From Terriglobia bacterium (GTDB lineage Bacteria; Acidobacteriota; Terriglobia; 2-12-FULL-54-10): 64,000 nt of DNA. Where the stretch lies: the NCBI GenBank assembly GCA_963666975.2, contig CAXVYR010000002.1:160001-224000 (forward strand), written 5' to 3'. Made by a program: the position numbers and the translations under genes. Positions 19,529 through 29,457 of the stretch are shown one piece after another. The notes beneath the pieces were generated by a model. The model was not told the DNA's origin, did not search any database, and worked only from the letters and a program-made list of their open reading frames with translations. Each line of letters opens with the position of its first letter. Position 1 is the stretch's first letter.

Positions 19529-20365
19529 TCAGAGAAATTCGTTCCTCAGCCGAGGGTCCAGGTAGTCGCGGAGCGCATCTCCCAGGAAATTGCAGGCAAG
19601 GATGGCCAGCATCACGGCCAGGGCCGGAAAGACGATCAGGTGCGGGGCGTCGAAGATATGGGCGCGGCCGTCATTGAGCATCGTCCCCCAACTGGGCGCG
19701 GGAGGAGGAACCCCCAAGCCCAGGAAGCTCAGCGTAGCTTCGGCGAGAATCGCCCCCCCCAGGCCGATGGCCGCCTGGATGATGACCGGCGAGACGATGT
19801 TCGGCCAGATATGGAAAATCAACAACCGCCAATCCGGCTCCCCCAAAGCGCGGGCCGCCTGCACATAATCAAGCTCTCTTTCTTTCAGGATTTCGCCGCG
19901 AATCAACCGCGCGTATCCGATCCACCCACCAATCGAAAGTGCGATCACAAGCTTCCAAATTCCAGGACCGAGAAAAGCGACGAACGCCAGAGCTAACAAG
20001 ACGCCGGGAAAAGCCAGAAGGGAATTGATGACGATCACGTTGATGAAGCGGTCCAGCAATCCTCCGTAAAAACCGGCCAACGATCCGATCACCGACCCGA
20101 CCAGCAGAGAGATCACCACCACGCTAATCCCCACCTGCAGCGAGATGCGCGCGCCATAGATAATGCGCGAAAGCACATCCCGGCCCAATTCGTCTGTTCC
20201 CAGCCAGTGGCCGCCGCCCGGACCCATTAACCGGCTGGGAAGTTCCTGAGCCGAGGGGTCCTGGGGAGCAAGCTGCGGAGCTGCCAGGCCGCAGAGCAGC
20301 AACAGCCCGATGATGGCAAGGCTAAACAGCGTGAGTGGATTGCGTACCATGGTTGTTGGCTTCAA
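19529..20365 (-). CDS. Dipeptide/oligopeptide ABC permease (DppC-like)
   Basis: HWLGTDELGRD, YVQAARALG, LSFLGLG, SWGTML. Confidence 0.93.
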   Translation of the reverse strand: MKPTTMVRNPLTLFSLAIIGLLLLCGLAAPQLAPQDPSAQELPSRLMGPGGGHWLGTDELGRDVLSRIIYGARISLQVGISVVVISLLVGSVIGSLAGFYGGLLDRFINVIVINSLLAFPGVLLALAFVAFLGPGIWKLVIALSIGGWIGYARLIRGEILKERELDYVQAARALGEPDWRLLIFHIWPNIVSPVIIQAAIGLGGAILAEATLSFLGLGVPPPAPSWGTMLNDGRAHIFDAPHLIVFPALAVMLAILACNFLGDALRDYLDPRLRNEFL

Positions 20366-20388
20366 CGAATTACTTTAACGACGTAATT

Positions 20389-21330
20389 TCACCCTTGGCG
20401 GATGCGGGGGTCCACTAAGGTATAGACCATATCGGTCAGCAGGTTCACCGCAATGTAGGTGACCGATATGGCGAGAAAACATCCTTGCACCAGCGGGTAG
20501 TCGCGGGAATGGATGGCTTCGAGTGTCAACCGTCCGATGCCCGGCCAGGAGAAGATCGTTTCCGTGACCATGGCGCCGGTCAGCAAGGCTCCGAATTGCA
20601 GGCCCACCAGCGTCACCACCGGAATCAACCCGTTGCGCAGAGTGTGTTTGTACAGGACTGCCCGCTCGGGCAGGCCCTTCGCCCTGGCGGTTCGCACGTA
20701 GTCCTGGCCGAGTTGCTCCAGCACAGAGGTGCGCACCATCCGTGTGAGAATCGCCGCCATTGCCGTGCCGAGCGTCAGCGCGGGAAGGATCAGGTGCGCG
20801 AGCGCTCCCCGGCCTGACACCGGCAGCCAGTTGAGCTGCAAAGCAAAGACCAGGATGAGCACCGGGCCCAAGGCAAAGTTGGGGACCGAGAGCCCCAGCA
20901 AGCTGACGAATCCCAGCACACGGTCCCGCCATTTGCCTCGGTGCACGGCGGAGACGACTCCGGCGGGGATCGAAAACAACAGAGCCACCAGCAGCGCTGC
21001 CAAGGTCAGCTCCATCGTAGCCGGGTAGCGAGCCAGGATGATGCCCGTAACAGGTGAGTTGAAGCGGAAGGAGTCGCCGAGGTCGCCCCGGAACAGCCCC
21101 GTTAAATAATTCCGGTACTGCACCGGCAGCGGCAGGTCCAGCCCCAAAGCGCGCCGCATCTGCTCGACATCCCCCGCCCGCGCGCCCTCCCCCAGCATCT
21201 GCTGCACGGGATCACCCGGAACCAAGTGAATCAAAAAAAATACCAGGGTAATGACGATAAAAATGACAGGCAGTGTGTAGAGAATACGGTTTGCTAGGTA
21301 TCGGACAGCGGAGGGTGAAGAGATGTTCAT
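20389..21330 (-). CDS. Dipeptide/oligopeptide ABC permease (DppB-like)
   Basis: PGDP, GDLGDS, YVRTARAKGL, ETIFSWPGIG, RDYPLVQG. Confidence 0.93.
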   Translation of the reverse strand: MNISSPSAVRYLANRILYTLPVIFIVITLVFFLIHLVPGDPVQQMLGEGARAGDVEQMRRALGLDLPLPVQYRNYLTGLFRGDLGDSFRFNSPVTGIILARYPATMELTLAALLVALLFSIPAGVVSAVHRGKWRDRVLGFVSLLGLSVPNFALGPVLILVFALQLNWLPVSGRGALAHLILPALTLGTAMAAILTRMVRTSVLEQLGQDYVRTARAKGLPERAVLYKHTLRNGLIPVVTLVGLQFGALLTGAMVTETIFSWPGIGRLTLEAIHSRDYPLVQGCFLAISVTYIAVNLLTDMVYTLVDPRIRQG

Positions 21331-21499
21331 CGGTTTCTGGCGAAACCGGAGTATAACAGAGAGCCTTCGGGACGGGATATCCCCTTTCAGAATGTCCACT
21401 GGCCGCGTTGCATTCAGCATTCCGCATTCCACATTCCACCTCCAGCGCGGTTCCCCGGCGCCGTGCTATACTGGATTGCCATTCGGAAGGAGGGCGGAT

Positions 21500-23725
21500 A
21501 TGGCCGACCTAAGGATGCGACCAGGCTTCATTATTACTGCGAGCATCGTGCTGTTAGTGTTGGTGGTCAGTCTTTTCGGGCTGACCTCGTTGAACCTCCC
21601 TTTTATCAGCCCCAGCGGTTCCGCACAGACCATTCTGCTGTTTGTTCTATCCACCATTATTTTCCTCAGCCTGGTGATTCTCGGGTTCATTCTGTTTCGA
21701 AGCATTCTGAAACTTTACCTGGAGCGGCGGGCCAGCCAACCGGGGTCCAAGTTCAAAACCAAGATGGTATGCGGCGCGCTGGGCCTGTCGCTGTTGCCGG
21801 TCTGCTTTCTGTTTCTGTTTTCCTACAGTCTGATCAACCGCACCCTGGACAAATGGTTTAGCCGTCCCCTGGAGGCGGTCGGTTTGGAGGCAAAGGCCAT
21901 CGTGGATGGGCTGGAGCAGTTCGCGCGAAGCAGGGCGGAAGCCGATGCCAGGATGCTGGCGTTGGATTTGGAAACGGCGGGGGCTGCCAGCGAGAATGGG
22001 CGCGCCGGGATCGAACAAAGATTTCGGACGCTCCGCCAGCCCGATGGAATGGATTACCTTGCGGTGCTCGATGCAGCGGGGGAGCTGTTGCTGGAACGCC
22101 GTTTCCGTTCGGAGTTGCCGGACCTCTCCGCTGCTTTTCCGGCCGGGCAGCAGCCGGGAGACGGCGAGGTGTTCTCGGCGTTCGCCGAATTCGGCGCCCG
22201 GAGCTATGCGCTGGCTCAGGCGCCCTTGCAAATTGCCGGGGAGGAAGCCGGGGCTGTCGTGGTGGGGATGGGAATCCCCGTGCAAATCTCGGAAAGCGCG
22301 GCCCGCTTGCGTCAAGAAAGCATCCTCTATGAAGAACTCAGCCAGGAGCGGAAATCCCTGCGCCAGACATACATTTCCATCCTGTTCCTGCTCACTCTCC
22401 TGATTCTGTTCATTGCCACGTGGTTTGCTCTCTTCCTGTCGCGGCAGGTCACGGTGCCCATTCAAGCTCTTGCCGAAGCAACCCATGAAGTCTCTCGCGG
22501 CAATCTGTATTACCGTGTAAAGGCGAAAGCCGCCGATGAATTAGGCATTCTGGTCCAGTCTTTTAACGAGATGACGGGACAACTGGCCGCGGGACGAGCG
22601 GAACTGGAAAAGTCTCGCAACCATCTGGAGCAGGTAAACACGCAGTTGGACCAAAGGCGTCGCTTCACGGAAGCGATTCTGGAAAGCATTCCGACGGGTG
22701 TAATTTCCGTTTCCCAGGAAGGGACGGTTCTTGGAACCAACTCGGCTGCGCGCCGTCTTTTCGATTGTGACTTAAGCACGGTCGGTCATTTGTCGAATCT
22801 TTTTTCTCTGGAAGATATGCGGGAGTTGGATTACCTGATGAAGCGAGCCGTGCGAGTGGGGCAGGCTTCGCGCCAGTTGGAGATGAAACTCAATGGGCGT
22901 GCCGTGCACTTGGCCGTCACGGTTGCAGCCCTTGCCGGGGAGCCGCCCGCTTCCACGCGGAATGGCCCGGATGCAAGCTGGTTTGTCATCGTGCTGGAGG
23001 ACCTGAGCGATCTGCTGCGGGCTCAGAAGGAAGCCGCTTGGGGCGAAGTGGCCCAGCGAATTGCGCACGAGATCAAAAATCCCCTGACGCCGATTGCGCT
23101 CTCAGCCGAGCGGATCAACCTGTGGCTGAAGCGGCCTCCCCAATCCCGGGAGAACTCGCCGGAGCTCAGCCAGGTGGTCCGGGAGTCGTGCGCTCTGATC
23201 GACCAGGAGGTGGAAAATTTGCGGCATCTGGTGGATACCTTTTCTCAATTTGCCCAGTTTCCCAAAGCACATCCCGCCCCAGCCGACCTGAACCAGATTG
23301 TGGGAAGCGCCCTGGGTTTGTTCGACGGACGCCTGGACGGGATTCGCATCCGTGCTGACCTGGCAGCAGCGCTGCCAATGGTGCAAGTGGATGCCAACCA
23401 CTTTCGGCGGGTCTTTGTTAATTTGATTGATAACGCCGCCGAGGCGATGGAGGCCTCCCCGGTGCGCGAGTTGGTGGTTGCCACGCGATCCGATTCGCAA
23501 CGGGAAGTTGTAGAGGTGATCGTGGCGGACACGGGTTCGGGAGTGACTCTGGAGGAAAGAGAAAAACTGTTTTTGCCCTATTTCTCCACGAAGGATCGCG
23601 GGACGGGCCTCGGGCTGGCTATCGTCAGCCGGATTGTCACCGAGCACGGTGGCATCATCCGGGTGGAAGAAAACCAGCCGGCGGGAGCCCGGTTCATCAT
23701 CGAGCTGCCGATTCTGGCAGCCTAG
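21500..23725 (+). CDS. NtrY-like HAMP/PAS sensor histidine kinase
   Basis: TM segments, HAMP, AWGEVAQRIAHEIKNPLTPI, NLIDNA, DTGSG, GTGLGL; SD aggagg. Confidence 0.93.
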   Translation: MADLRMRPGFIITASIVLLVLVVSLFGLTSLNLPFISPSGSAQTILLFVLSTIIFLSLVILGFILFRSILKLYLERRASQPGSKFKTKMVCGALGLSLLPVCFLFLFSYSLINRTLDKWFSRPLEAVGLEAKAIVDGLEQFARSRAEADARMLALDLETAGAASENGRAGIEQRFRTLRQPDGMDYLAVLDAAGELLLERRFRSELPDLSAAFPAGQQPGDGEVFSAFAEFGARSYALAQAPLQIAGEEAGAVVVGMGIPVQISESAARLRQESILYEELSQERKSLRQTYISILFLLTLLILFIATWFALFLSRQVTVPIQALAEATHEVSRGNLYYRVKAKAADELGILVQSFNEMTGQLAAGRAELEKSRNHLEQVNTQLDQRRRFTEAILESIPTGVISVSQEGTVLGTNSAARRLFDCDLSTVGHLSNLFSLEDMRELDYLMKRAVRVGQASRQLEMKLNGRAVHLAVTVAALAGEPPASTRNGPDASWFVIVLEDLSDLLRAQKEAAWGEVAQRIAHEIKNPLTPIALSAERINLWLKRPPQSRENSPELSQVVRESCALIDQEVENLRHLVDTFSQFAQFPKAHPAPADLNQIVGSALGLFDGRLDGIRIRADLAAALPMVQVDANHFRRVFVNLIDNAAEAMEASPVRELVVATRSDSQREVVEVIVADTGSGVTLEEREKLFLPYFSTKDRGTGLGLAIVSRIVTEHGGIIRVEENQPAGARFIIELPILAA

Positions 23726-23829
23726 AGTGGGATTCAAAAGCTGGCGTGCGCTATGAACGCCGGTACAGACTGGTCTCCGCCGGGATTCATTGCTTCGCTC
23801 CTGCCGGTTGCCCCGAACAAATACTTGCC

Positions 23830-25185
23830 ATGAAAGGACAACTTCTTTTAGTAGACGACGAACAGGGAATTCGGCAATCCCTTTCGGCGGTTCTGCAAGA
23901 CGAAGGCTATCGAGTGCTGGCCGTAGCGACAGGAGAGGAATGTCTGCGGGCGCTGGAGACGGACCGTTTTCACCTAGTGCTGCTCGATGTCTGGATGCGT
24001 GGTTTGGACGGATTGGAGGTGCTCCGCCGGCTTCAGGAAACGCATCCGGAGACGGTGGTCGTGATGATCTCCGGTCATGGCACGGTGGAAACTGCCGTGC
24101 GAGCCACGAAACTGGGCGCCTTTGATTTTCTGGAGAAGCCGCTCTCCATTGAGCGAACGCTGGTGGTGGTGAAGAACGCTCTGGAGCACCAGACGCTGCT
24201 CGAAGAGAATCGCCAGCTCCGCGACCAATTGGAAGTCCGCTACCGCATCATCGGCGAGAGCGTGCCGGTCAAGGCGCTGCGGCAGCAGCTGGCTCTGATG
24301 GCGCCCACCAACGGCCGCGTGCTGATCTACGGGGAGAGCGGGACCGGCAAGGAGCTGGTGGCGCACGCCCTCCACACGCAAAGCCTACGGGCCAAGCACC
24401 CCTTTGTGGAACTCAACTGCGCCGCCATTCCCGAGGAATTGATTGAGAACGAGCTGTTCGGGCACGTCAAGGGAAGCTTCACCGGGGCGCTCGATGACAA
24501 GGTGGGGAAGTTTCAGAAGGCCGACTGCGGGACGCTGTTTCTGGACGAGGTGGGAGACATGAGTCTCAAGACCCAATCCAAGGTTCTGAGGGCTCTGGAA
24601 GAACAGCGGTTCGAGCCGGTGGGAGCCTCCACCAGCGTCAGCGTGGACGTGCGCGTGATCGCCGCCACCAACAAAGTCCTGGAAGAGGAAATTACCAGGG
24701 GCAACTTTCGCGAAGACCTTTTTTACCGACTGAATGTGGTGCCCTTTGTCGTCCCGCCTTTGCGGGAGCGCGTGGAGGATGTTCCTCTGCTGGCGCAACA
24801 TTTTCTGCGGGAATTTTGCGCGAGCTACGGCCGGAAGCCTAAAGAGCTGGCTCCGGAGGCCATGGAGGTCTTGACGGCTTACAGTTGGCCGGGGAACGTT
24901 CGGGAATTAAAGAACCTGATCGAGCGAATCGTCATCATGAACTCCCAGCCGCTGATCCAGAAAAAGGATTTGCCGTCGCTGTTGTACCGGGACAATTCCC
25001 GGCGCACGGCAGCCGCGGAGGCTTCCACCTTGCAGCAGGCCCGCGCCGCTTATGAAAAAGATTTTATCCTGCGGAAGCTGGAAGAAAACAAAGGCAACGT
25101 CAGCCGGACGGCGGAGCTGCTGGGGCTGGAACGCAGCCACCTCTACCGCAAGATGAAAACCCTCGGCATTGCTCTGAATAGCTGA
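23830..25185 (+). CDS. NtrX-like sigma54-type response regulator (REC-AAA-Fis)
   Basis: GESGTGKE, GSFTGA, LFLDEVG, WPGNVRELKN, LGLERSHLYRKMK. Confidence 0.93.
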   Translation: MKGQLLLVDDEQGIRQSLSAVLQDEGYRVLAVATGEECLRALETDRFHLVLLDVWMRGLDGLEVLRRLQETHPETVVVMISGHGTVETAVRATKLGAFDFLEKPLSIERTLVVVKNALEHQTLLEENRQLRDQLEVRYRIIGESVPVKALRQQLALMAPTNGRVLIYGESGTGKELVAHALHTQSLRAKHPFVELNCAAIPEELIENELFGHVKGSFTGALDDKVGKFQKADCGTLFLDEVGDMSLKTQSKVLRALEEQRFEPVGASTSVSVDVRVIAATNKVLEEEITRGNFREDLFYRLNVVPFVVPPLRERVEDVPLLAQHFLREFCASYGRKPKELAPEAMEVLTAYSWPGNVRELKNLIERIVIMNSQPLIQKKDLPSLLYRDNSRRTAAAEASTLQQARAAYEKDFILRKLEENKGNVSRTAELLGLERSHLYRKMKTLGIALNS

Positions 25186-25278
25186 CGCCGTTCCGGATCG
25201 TCCGGGATTATTTCCTGTGACCCACACTAGCAGTGCTTCGAGAAGTGGGGAGTGGAAGATGCTTCCAAACTGCATTCA

Positions 25279-26118
25279 TTACGAGAACAGTCTGCGGGCC
25301 GCCGCTTCCATGGTGTTCTCAATCTCTGGCGTCTCGCCGGACAGGAACGACAGATTGATTTGGCCGGCGCCTGCCTGGCGAAGCTGCTCGACATCTTCCC
25401 GGCTGATTTCAGGATTGGCGCCCACGGCCACCGTGAAATTGCTTTTGCCCTTTTGTCGTGCATACTCCTTTACCGCCCCGACCTTCTTGCAGACCTTATC
25501 CAAACGGCCTCCGGTTCCCAGCCAGCCGTCGCCCAGCTCCACGGCGCGTCTCAAGGCGGGCTCGGCGAAACCTCCAAACCAAATGGGCGGCCCGCCGGGC
25601 TGGAGGGGCAGCGGGTAGGAGGTGACTTCGGCGAAGTTGTAATACCGTCCCTCGTGACGGAGCTTTCCCGAGGCCCAAACCTTTCGCAAGACATCGACCG
25701 ACTCGCTCACCCGTCCTACCCGCTGCCCGAAAGGAATTCCCAGTGCCTGGTACTCTTCGGCCAGCCATCCCAGTCCCACTCCCAGCATGGCGCGCCCGCC
25801 GGAAAAGACATCGAGCGTCGAGATAGCCTTGGCGACCTGCAAAGGATGCCGCAAGGCCAGGAGCAGGATGCCGGTTCCCAGACGGATCTGGGACGTTTCG
25901 GCGGCCAGATAGGCAAGCGTTGTGACCGGCTCCAGAAAAGACATCTCGGGGCTGAACGGAATCTTGCCGTAAGCATCGGAAATCTCGGTGGGGAAGGCTG
26001 TGTGCTCAAAAAGCCATAAAGAGTGAAATCCCAGTTGGTCGGCTTTGCGCGCCGCGCGCCGCAATCTCTCCGGATCAGCCATGGGGCCAACGCCGGTTAG
26101 GACCACTCCATAATCCAT
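25279..26118 (-). CDS. LLM-class oxidoreductase (probable F420-dependent subfamily)
   Basis: GFHSLWLFEH, IRLGTGIL, TLDVFSGGR..LGVGLGW..EEY. Confidence 0.85.
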   Translation of the reverse strand: MDYGVVLTGVGPMADPERLRRAARKADQLGFHSLWLFEHTAFPTEISDAYGKIPFSPEMSFLEPVTTLAYLAAETSQIRLGTGILLLALRHPLQVAKAISTLDVFSGGRAMLGVGLGWLAEEYQALGIPFGQRVGRVSESVDVLRKVWASGKLRHEGRYYNFAEVTSYPLPLQPGGPPIWFGGFAEPALRRAVELGDGWLGTGGRLDKVCKKVGAVKEYARQKGKSNFTVAVGANPEISREDVEQLRQAGAGQINLSFLSGETPEIENTMEAAARRLFS

Positions 26119-26163
26119 ATGACTTGCTCTCCTTGTAACAGTTTATGGAAAAAACCTTCCCGC

Positions 26164-26284
26164 TGTCATTCCGAGGGCCGCTGTGCCTTGTCGGCCCGAG
26201 GAATCTGCTTGCCGGCAATATGTTCGAAAAGCAGATGCTTCGCGGAGTTTATCCTGAGCAACGCCGAAGGGCTCAACATGACAG
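26164..26284. repeat. REP-like nested palindrome
   Basis: tgtcattccgag ... ctcaacatgaca outer stem, atctgctt/aagcagat inner stem, cctgagc...cgaaggg motif also at ~17867-17891. Confidence 0.7.
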
Positions 26285-26345
26285 CAGGATGGAGGTGTCG
26301 GGCACGTATTTATGAGATACAACACCAGCAACCAACCTGGCGGCC

Positions 26346-27317
26346 TTACTCTCCGGCCATGCTGCGCCAATCCAATGCTTGCAGGAACCGGGGGTCGTCG
26401 CGCCATTTTTCGCGGACCTTTATATGGAGGCCCAGAAACACTTTTTTTCCCAGAATGGATTCCAGCTCCTGCCGCGCCAGGGTTCCCACCCGCTTCAGCA
26501 TTTCGCCCCCCTTGCCAATCAGGATGACCTTTTGCCCTTCGCGCTCGACAAAGATCTCGGCGGCAATATGAATCAATTTTGGTTTGTCTTCAAACGTGCT
26601 TACGATCACAGAGCTGGCGTAAGGGAGTTCCTGGCGTGTCTGCACAATGACCTTTTCCCGAACAATTTCCCCGGCCAGGAAGCGAATGGGCTGTTCGGTG
26701 ATGTGGTCGGGTGGAAAATAGAAAGGACCTTCCGGCAGGCAGGCCACAATCCGGTCGAGCAACAGAGGCAGGTTGTCCCCTTTCAGTGCGGAGATGGGAA
26801 TCACCTCTGTGAAGTCATGCAGTTTCCGGTAGCGGTCGATCAGGGGAAGCAGCTTTCCTTTCGCCACCTTGTCGGTTTTATTCAGCAGCAGAAAGCAGGA
26901 GACTCCGGTTTCTCGCGCACGGTCTACGGCGGCGCGGTCGCCTGCGCCGAACCGTTGCGTGGCATCCACCAGGAGCAACAGCAGGTCGCGGCCTGCCAGC
27001 GCTGCACGAACCTCTTTCATCATTTGCTTGTCCAAGCGGGACCCTGGTTGCTGAATTCCAGGGGTATCCAGGAAGATGATCTGTGCGGCAGTTTCCTGGC
27101 TCGCGGGCTTGTCTGCCTGTCGCGGAAGTTGCGTTCCCGGCCTGGCTCGGGGCGCCTTCGGTTCAGGCAAAGTGACAACTCCTTGAATGGCGGTTCGTGT
27201 GGTCTGCGGTTTGTCGGTAACAATGGCTATCTTAGAGCCGACCAAGGCGTTCAGCAGCGTGGACTTGCCTGCGTTCGCCCGGCCCAAAATGGTTACAAAG
27301 CCGCTGCGAGGTTTCAT
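26346..27317 (-). CDS. era: GTPase Era
   Basis: GRANAGKST, KPQTTR, DTPG, NKTD, KH domain GKGG. Confidence 0.96.
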   Translation of the reverse strand: MKPRSGFVTILGRANAGKSTLLNALVGSKIAIVTDKPQTTRTAIQGVVTLPEPKAPRARPGTQLPRQADKPASQETAAQIIFLDTPGIQQPGSRLDKQMMKEVRAALAGRDLLLLLVDATQRFGAGDRAAVDRARETGVSCFLLLNKTDKVAKGKLLPLIDRYRKLHDFTEVIPISALKGDNLPLLLDRIVACLPEGPFYFPPDHITEQPIRFLAGEIVREKVIVQTRQELPYASSVIVSTFEDKPKLIHIAAEIFVEREGQKVILIGKGGEMLKRVGTLARQELESILGKKVFLGLHIKVREKWRDDPRFLQALDWRSMAGE

Positions 27318-27332
27318 AGGTGTGAATGTCCC

Positions 27333-27532
27333 TTAGCAGGTTGTTGAAAAACGCCATTTGTCCGCTCCCGCATGGTTGCGGCTCGGAATGGGCGTGCTGA
27401 TTGGGCTGCGCTTGCCGAGCCGCGCGCGTAAGCAAGCGGTCACCAAACGCTCGTCGATGGAGTCCTTTTTGGAACCGCTCCATCACTGTCGCGGCTCGGA
27501 CACGGTCTATAACAACTGGTGAAATGCTCTAG
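27333..27532. repeat. REP-type palindrome cluster with MITE-like ends between hlyC and era
   Basis: ccgctcc...gcggctcgg / ccgagccgcg...agcgg units, same family as 11550-11625 and 19486-19513; right end gaaatgctctag contains the hlyC stop. Confidence 0.7.
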
Positions 27533-28836
27533 ACTAACTCCTGGGAATTTTGCGAGTCGGTGCTTTCGGGGGGGACTGGGGGAGCCGGGGGACTCTCTTC
27601 CGGATGAGAGATCGACAAACGGAGCACTCGCCGGCCATTCGATTCGGTTACTTGAAAGAGCAGGCCATCCTTCTCCAGGGTCTCTCCCTGGCTGGGTACG
27701 CGCCCCATCGCGCCGGTCACCAATCCGGAGACCGTGGTTGCATCGCCCGTCTCCTCCACCCGCACGCCGAACAGTTCCTGCAAACGGTCCAAATCCATGC
27801 TGCCGGCGACGCTGTAAGAGTGATCTCCCTGGGGGATGGCGTCGCGCGCTTCATGCTCTTCGTGAATCTCGCCGACGATTTCCTCCACCATGTCCTCTAC
27901 CGTGGCCAGCCCGGCGACGGAACCGTACTCGTCCACCACAATAGCGATCTGCGCCTTTTGCTGGATTTCCTTCAGCAGCTCCGCAACGGGCTTGGTTTCC
28001 GGCACAAAGGTCATTGGCTGCAAGAACTTGGTTACGGTGTGCTGTGACAACGCTTCGTCGCTCAACGGAAGCAGATCCCGCACATGAATGAAGCCGAGGA
28101 TATGATCCATGTCGCCCTGATAGATTGGGATTCTGGAGAAGCGCCGCTCCGTCGGCATTTGCTTCAACCGGCTCAAGGGAGTTTCAGCCGGAACGGCAAA
28201 TATCTCCGGGCGAGGAGTCATCACCTCGCGGACGGTTTTATCTCCGAACTCTACGACCGAGCGGATCAGCTTGCGGTCTTCCTCCTCGATCAGGCCCTCT
28301 TCCTCCCCCGCTTGAATCAAGGCTTCGATGTTCTCGCTGGCAGAGGGCTCGTCTTCTTCCCGTTCCGTTTCCTTGCCGAGGGTGGCAATGTTGTAGAGGA
28401 ACCGGCTAATGGCAGCCAGAGGGAAGACCAGCAAGACGCACAAGCGCAGCAAGCTCGTGGCCGACAGCAGCCATTTTCCGCTCGTGCGCGTCAGAAGCAC
28501 ATTGGGAATTACCTGCGCGAAAAGCATCACGTCCAGCACGAGAAAAACACCGGCCTCCACCAGCATATGCCAGTGCAGGGGCGTTGAAAGGTTCCACCAT
28601 GCCACCGTCATGGCCAGCACGATCAGGTTCACGCGGACCAGGAGGGGAAAGGTGAAGCCGGCTTTTTCCATCTCCACTTTTAATTTCGGCTCAACCTGAT
28701 CTTCAAAGAAATCGACGTTATCCTGGGAACCCCGGATCAGAAAGCGGCCTTTCTCGCTATACAAACGGTTTACGTAAGAAAACAGCGCGAGAAGGAGGCT
28801 GAGCAGCACGACGAGGGTTGGAAGGAGGATGAACAT
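27529..28836 (-). CDS. HlyC/CorC (CNNM-CBS-CorC) family protein
   Basis: VREVMTPR, FSRIPIY, IVVDEYGSVAGLATVED. Confidence 0.92.
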   Translation of the reverse strand: MFILLPTLVVLLSLLLALFSYVNRLYSEKGRFLIRGSQDNVDFFEDQVEPKLKVEMEKAGFTFPLLVRVNLIVLAMTVAWWNLSTPLHWHMLVEAGVFLVLDVMLFAQVIPNVLLTRTSGKWLLSATSLLRLCVLLVFPLAAISRFLYNIATLGKETEREEDEPSASENIEALIQAGEEEGLIEEEDRKLIRSVVEFGDKTVREVMTPRPEIFAVPAETPLSRLKQMPTERRFSRIPIYQGDMDHILGFIHVRDLLPLSDEALSQHTVTKFLQPMTFVPETKPVAELLKEIQQKAQIAIVVDEYGSVAGLATVEDMVEEIVGEIHEEHEARDAIPQGDHSYSVAGSMDLDRLQELFGVRVEETGDATTVSGLVTGAMGRVPSQGETLEKDGLLFQVTESNGRRVLRLSISHPEESPPAPPVPPESTDSQNSQELV

Positions 28837-28842
28837 ATAGGT

Positions 28843-29409
28843 TTACGACGCTCTGCCGCGGGCGCCCATCCCGAGCAGAGACCGTCCCCGCGACCTTTCC
28901 GTCAAAGTTTGCGGCAAGCCCAGTTTGATGCGCCATCTCCGCTCCTGGCGGGCCATCCGGCCCCCATCGTTTTCATGGTCGTAGCCCAGCAGGTGCAGGA
29001 GGCCGTGCAGCGCGAGAATTTTGACCTCCTCTTCCACGCGAAGCCCATACCGCCGCGCGCTGGCGCGGGCGGTCTCGGCGGAGATCAAGATATCGCCCAG
29101 GTGCCGGTTGAGTTTGTTCCCGTTTTCCCCGGAAGGAAAAGAAAGGACGTCGGTGGATTCGCTCTTGTGGCGGAATCGCTTGTTATACCGGCGCATGCCC
29201 AGGTCGGAGAGCAAGCAAACGCTGAAGGAAGAAGGAGCCAGCCGGGAGGGCAGTTGCCGGAGAAACTCTCTCACCTCATCCCAGTCGCCTTCGATGGCGC
29301 GCTGGCGGTTGATCAGAACGGCAGGTTCCGGCAGGCCGTTTTTCCGCCGGGGAGGGGCCGGGTTAGGATCGTCAGAATTATCTGACTCGGAGCTGGAGGA
29401 ATGAACCAT
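28843..29409 (-). CDS. ybeY: rRNA maturation RNase YbeY
   Basis: TDVLSF, LGDILIS, HGLLHLLGYDH. Confidence 0.95.
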   Translation of the reverse strand: MVHSSSSESDNSDDPNPAPPRRKNGLPEPAVLINRQRAIEGDWDEVREFLRQLPSRLAPSSFSVCLLSDLGMRRYNKRFRHKSESTDVLSFPSGENGNKLNRHLGDILISAETARASARRYGLRVEEEVKILALHGLLHLLGYDHENDGGRMARQERRWRIKLGLPQTLTERSRGRSLLGMGARGRAS

Positions 29410-29457
29410 AGAAAAGATCAGGCGGAAAGCAAAACTGACCTTCCGCCAAAATGACCG

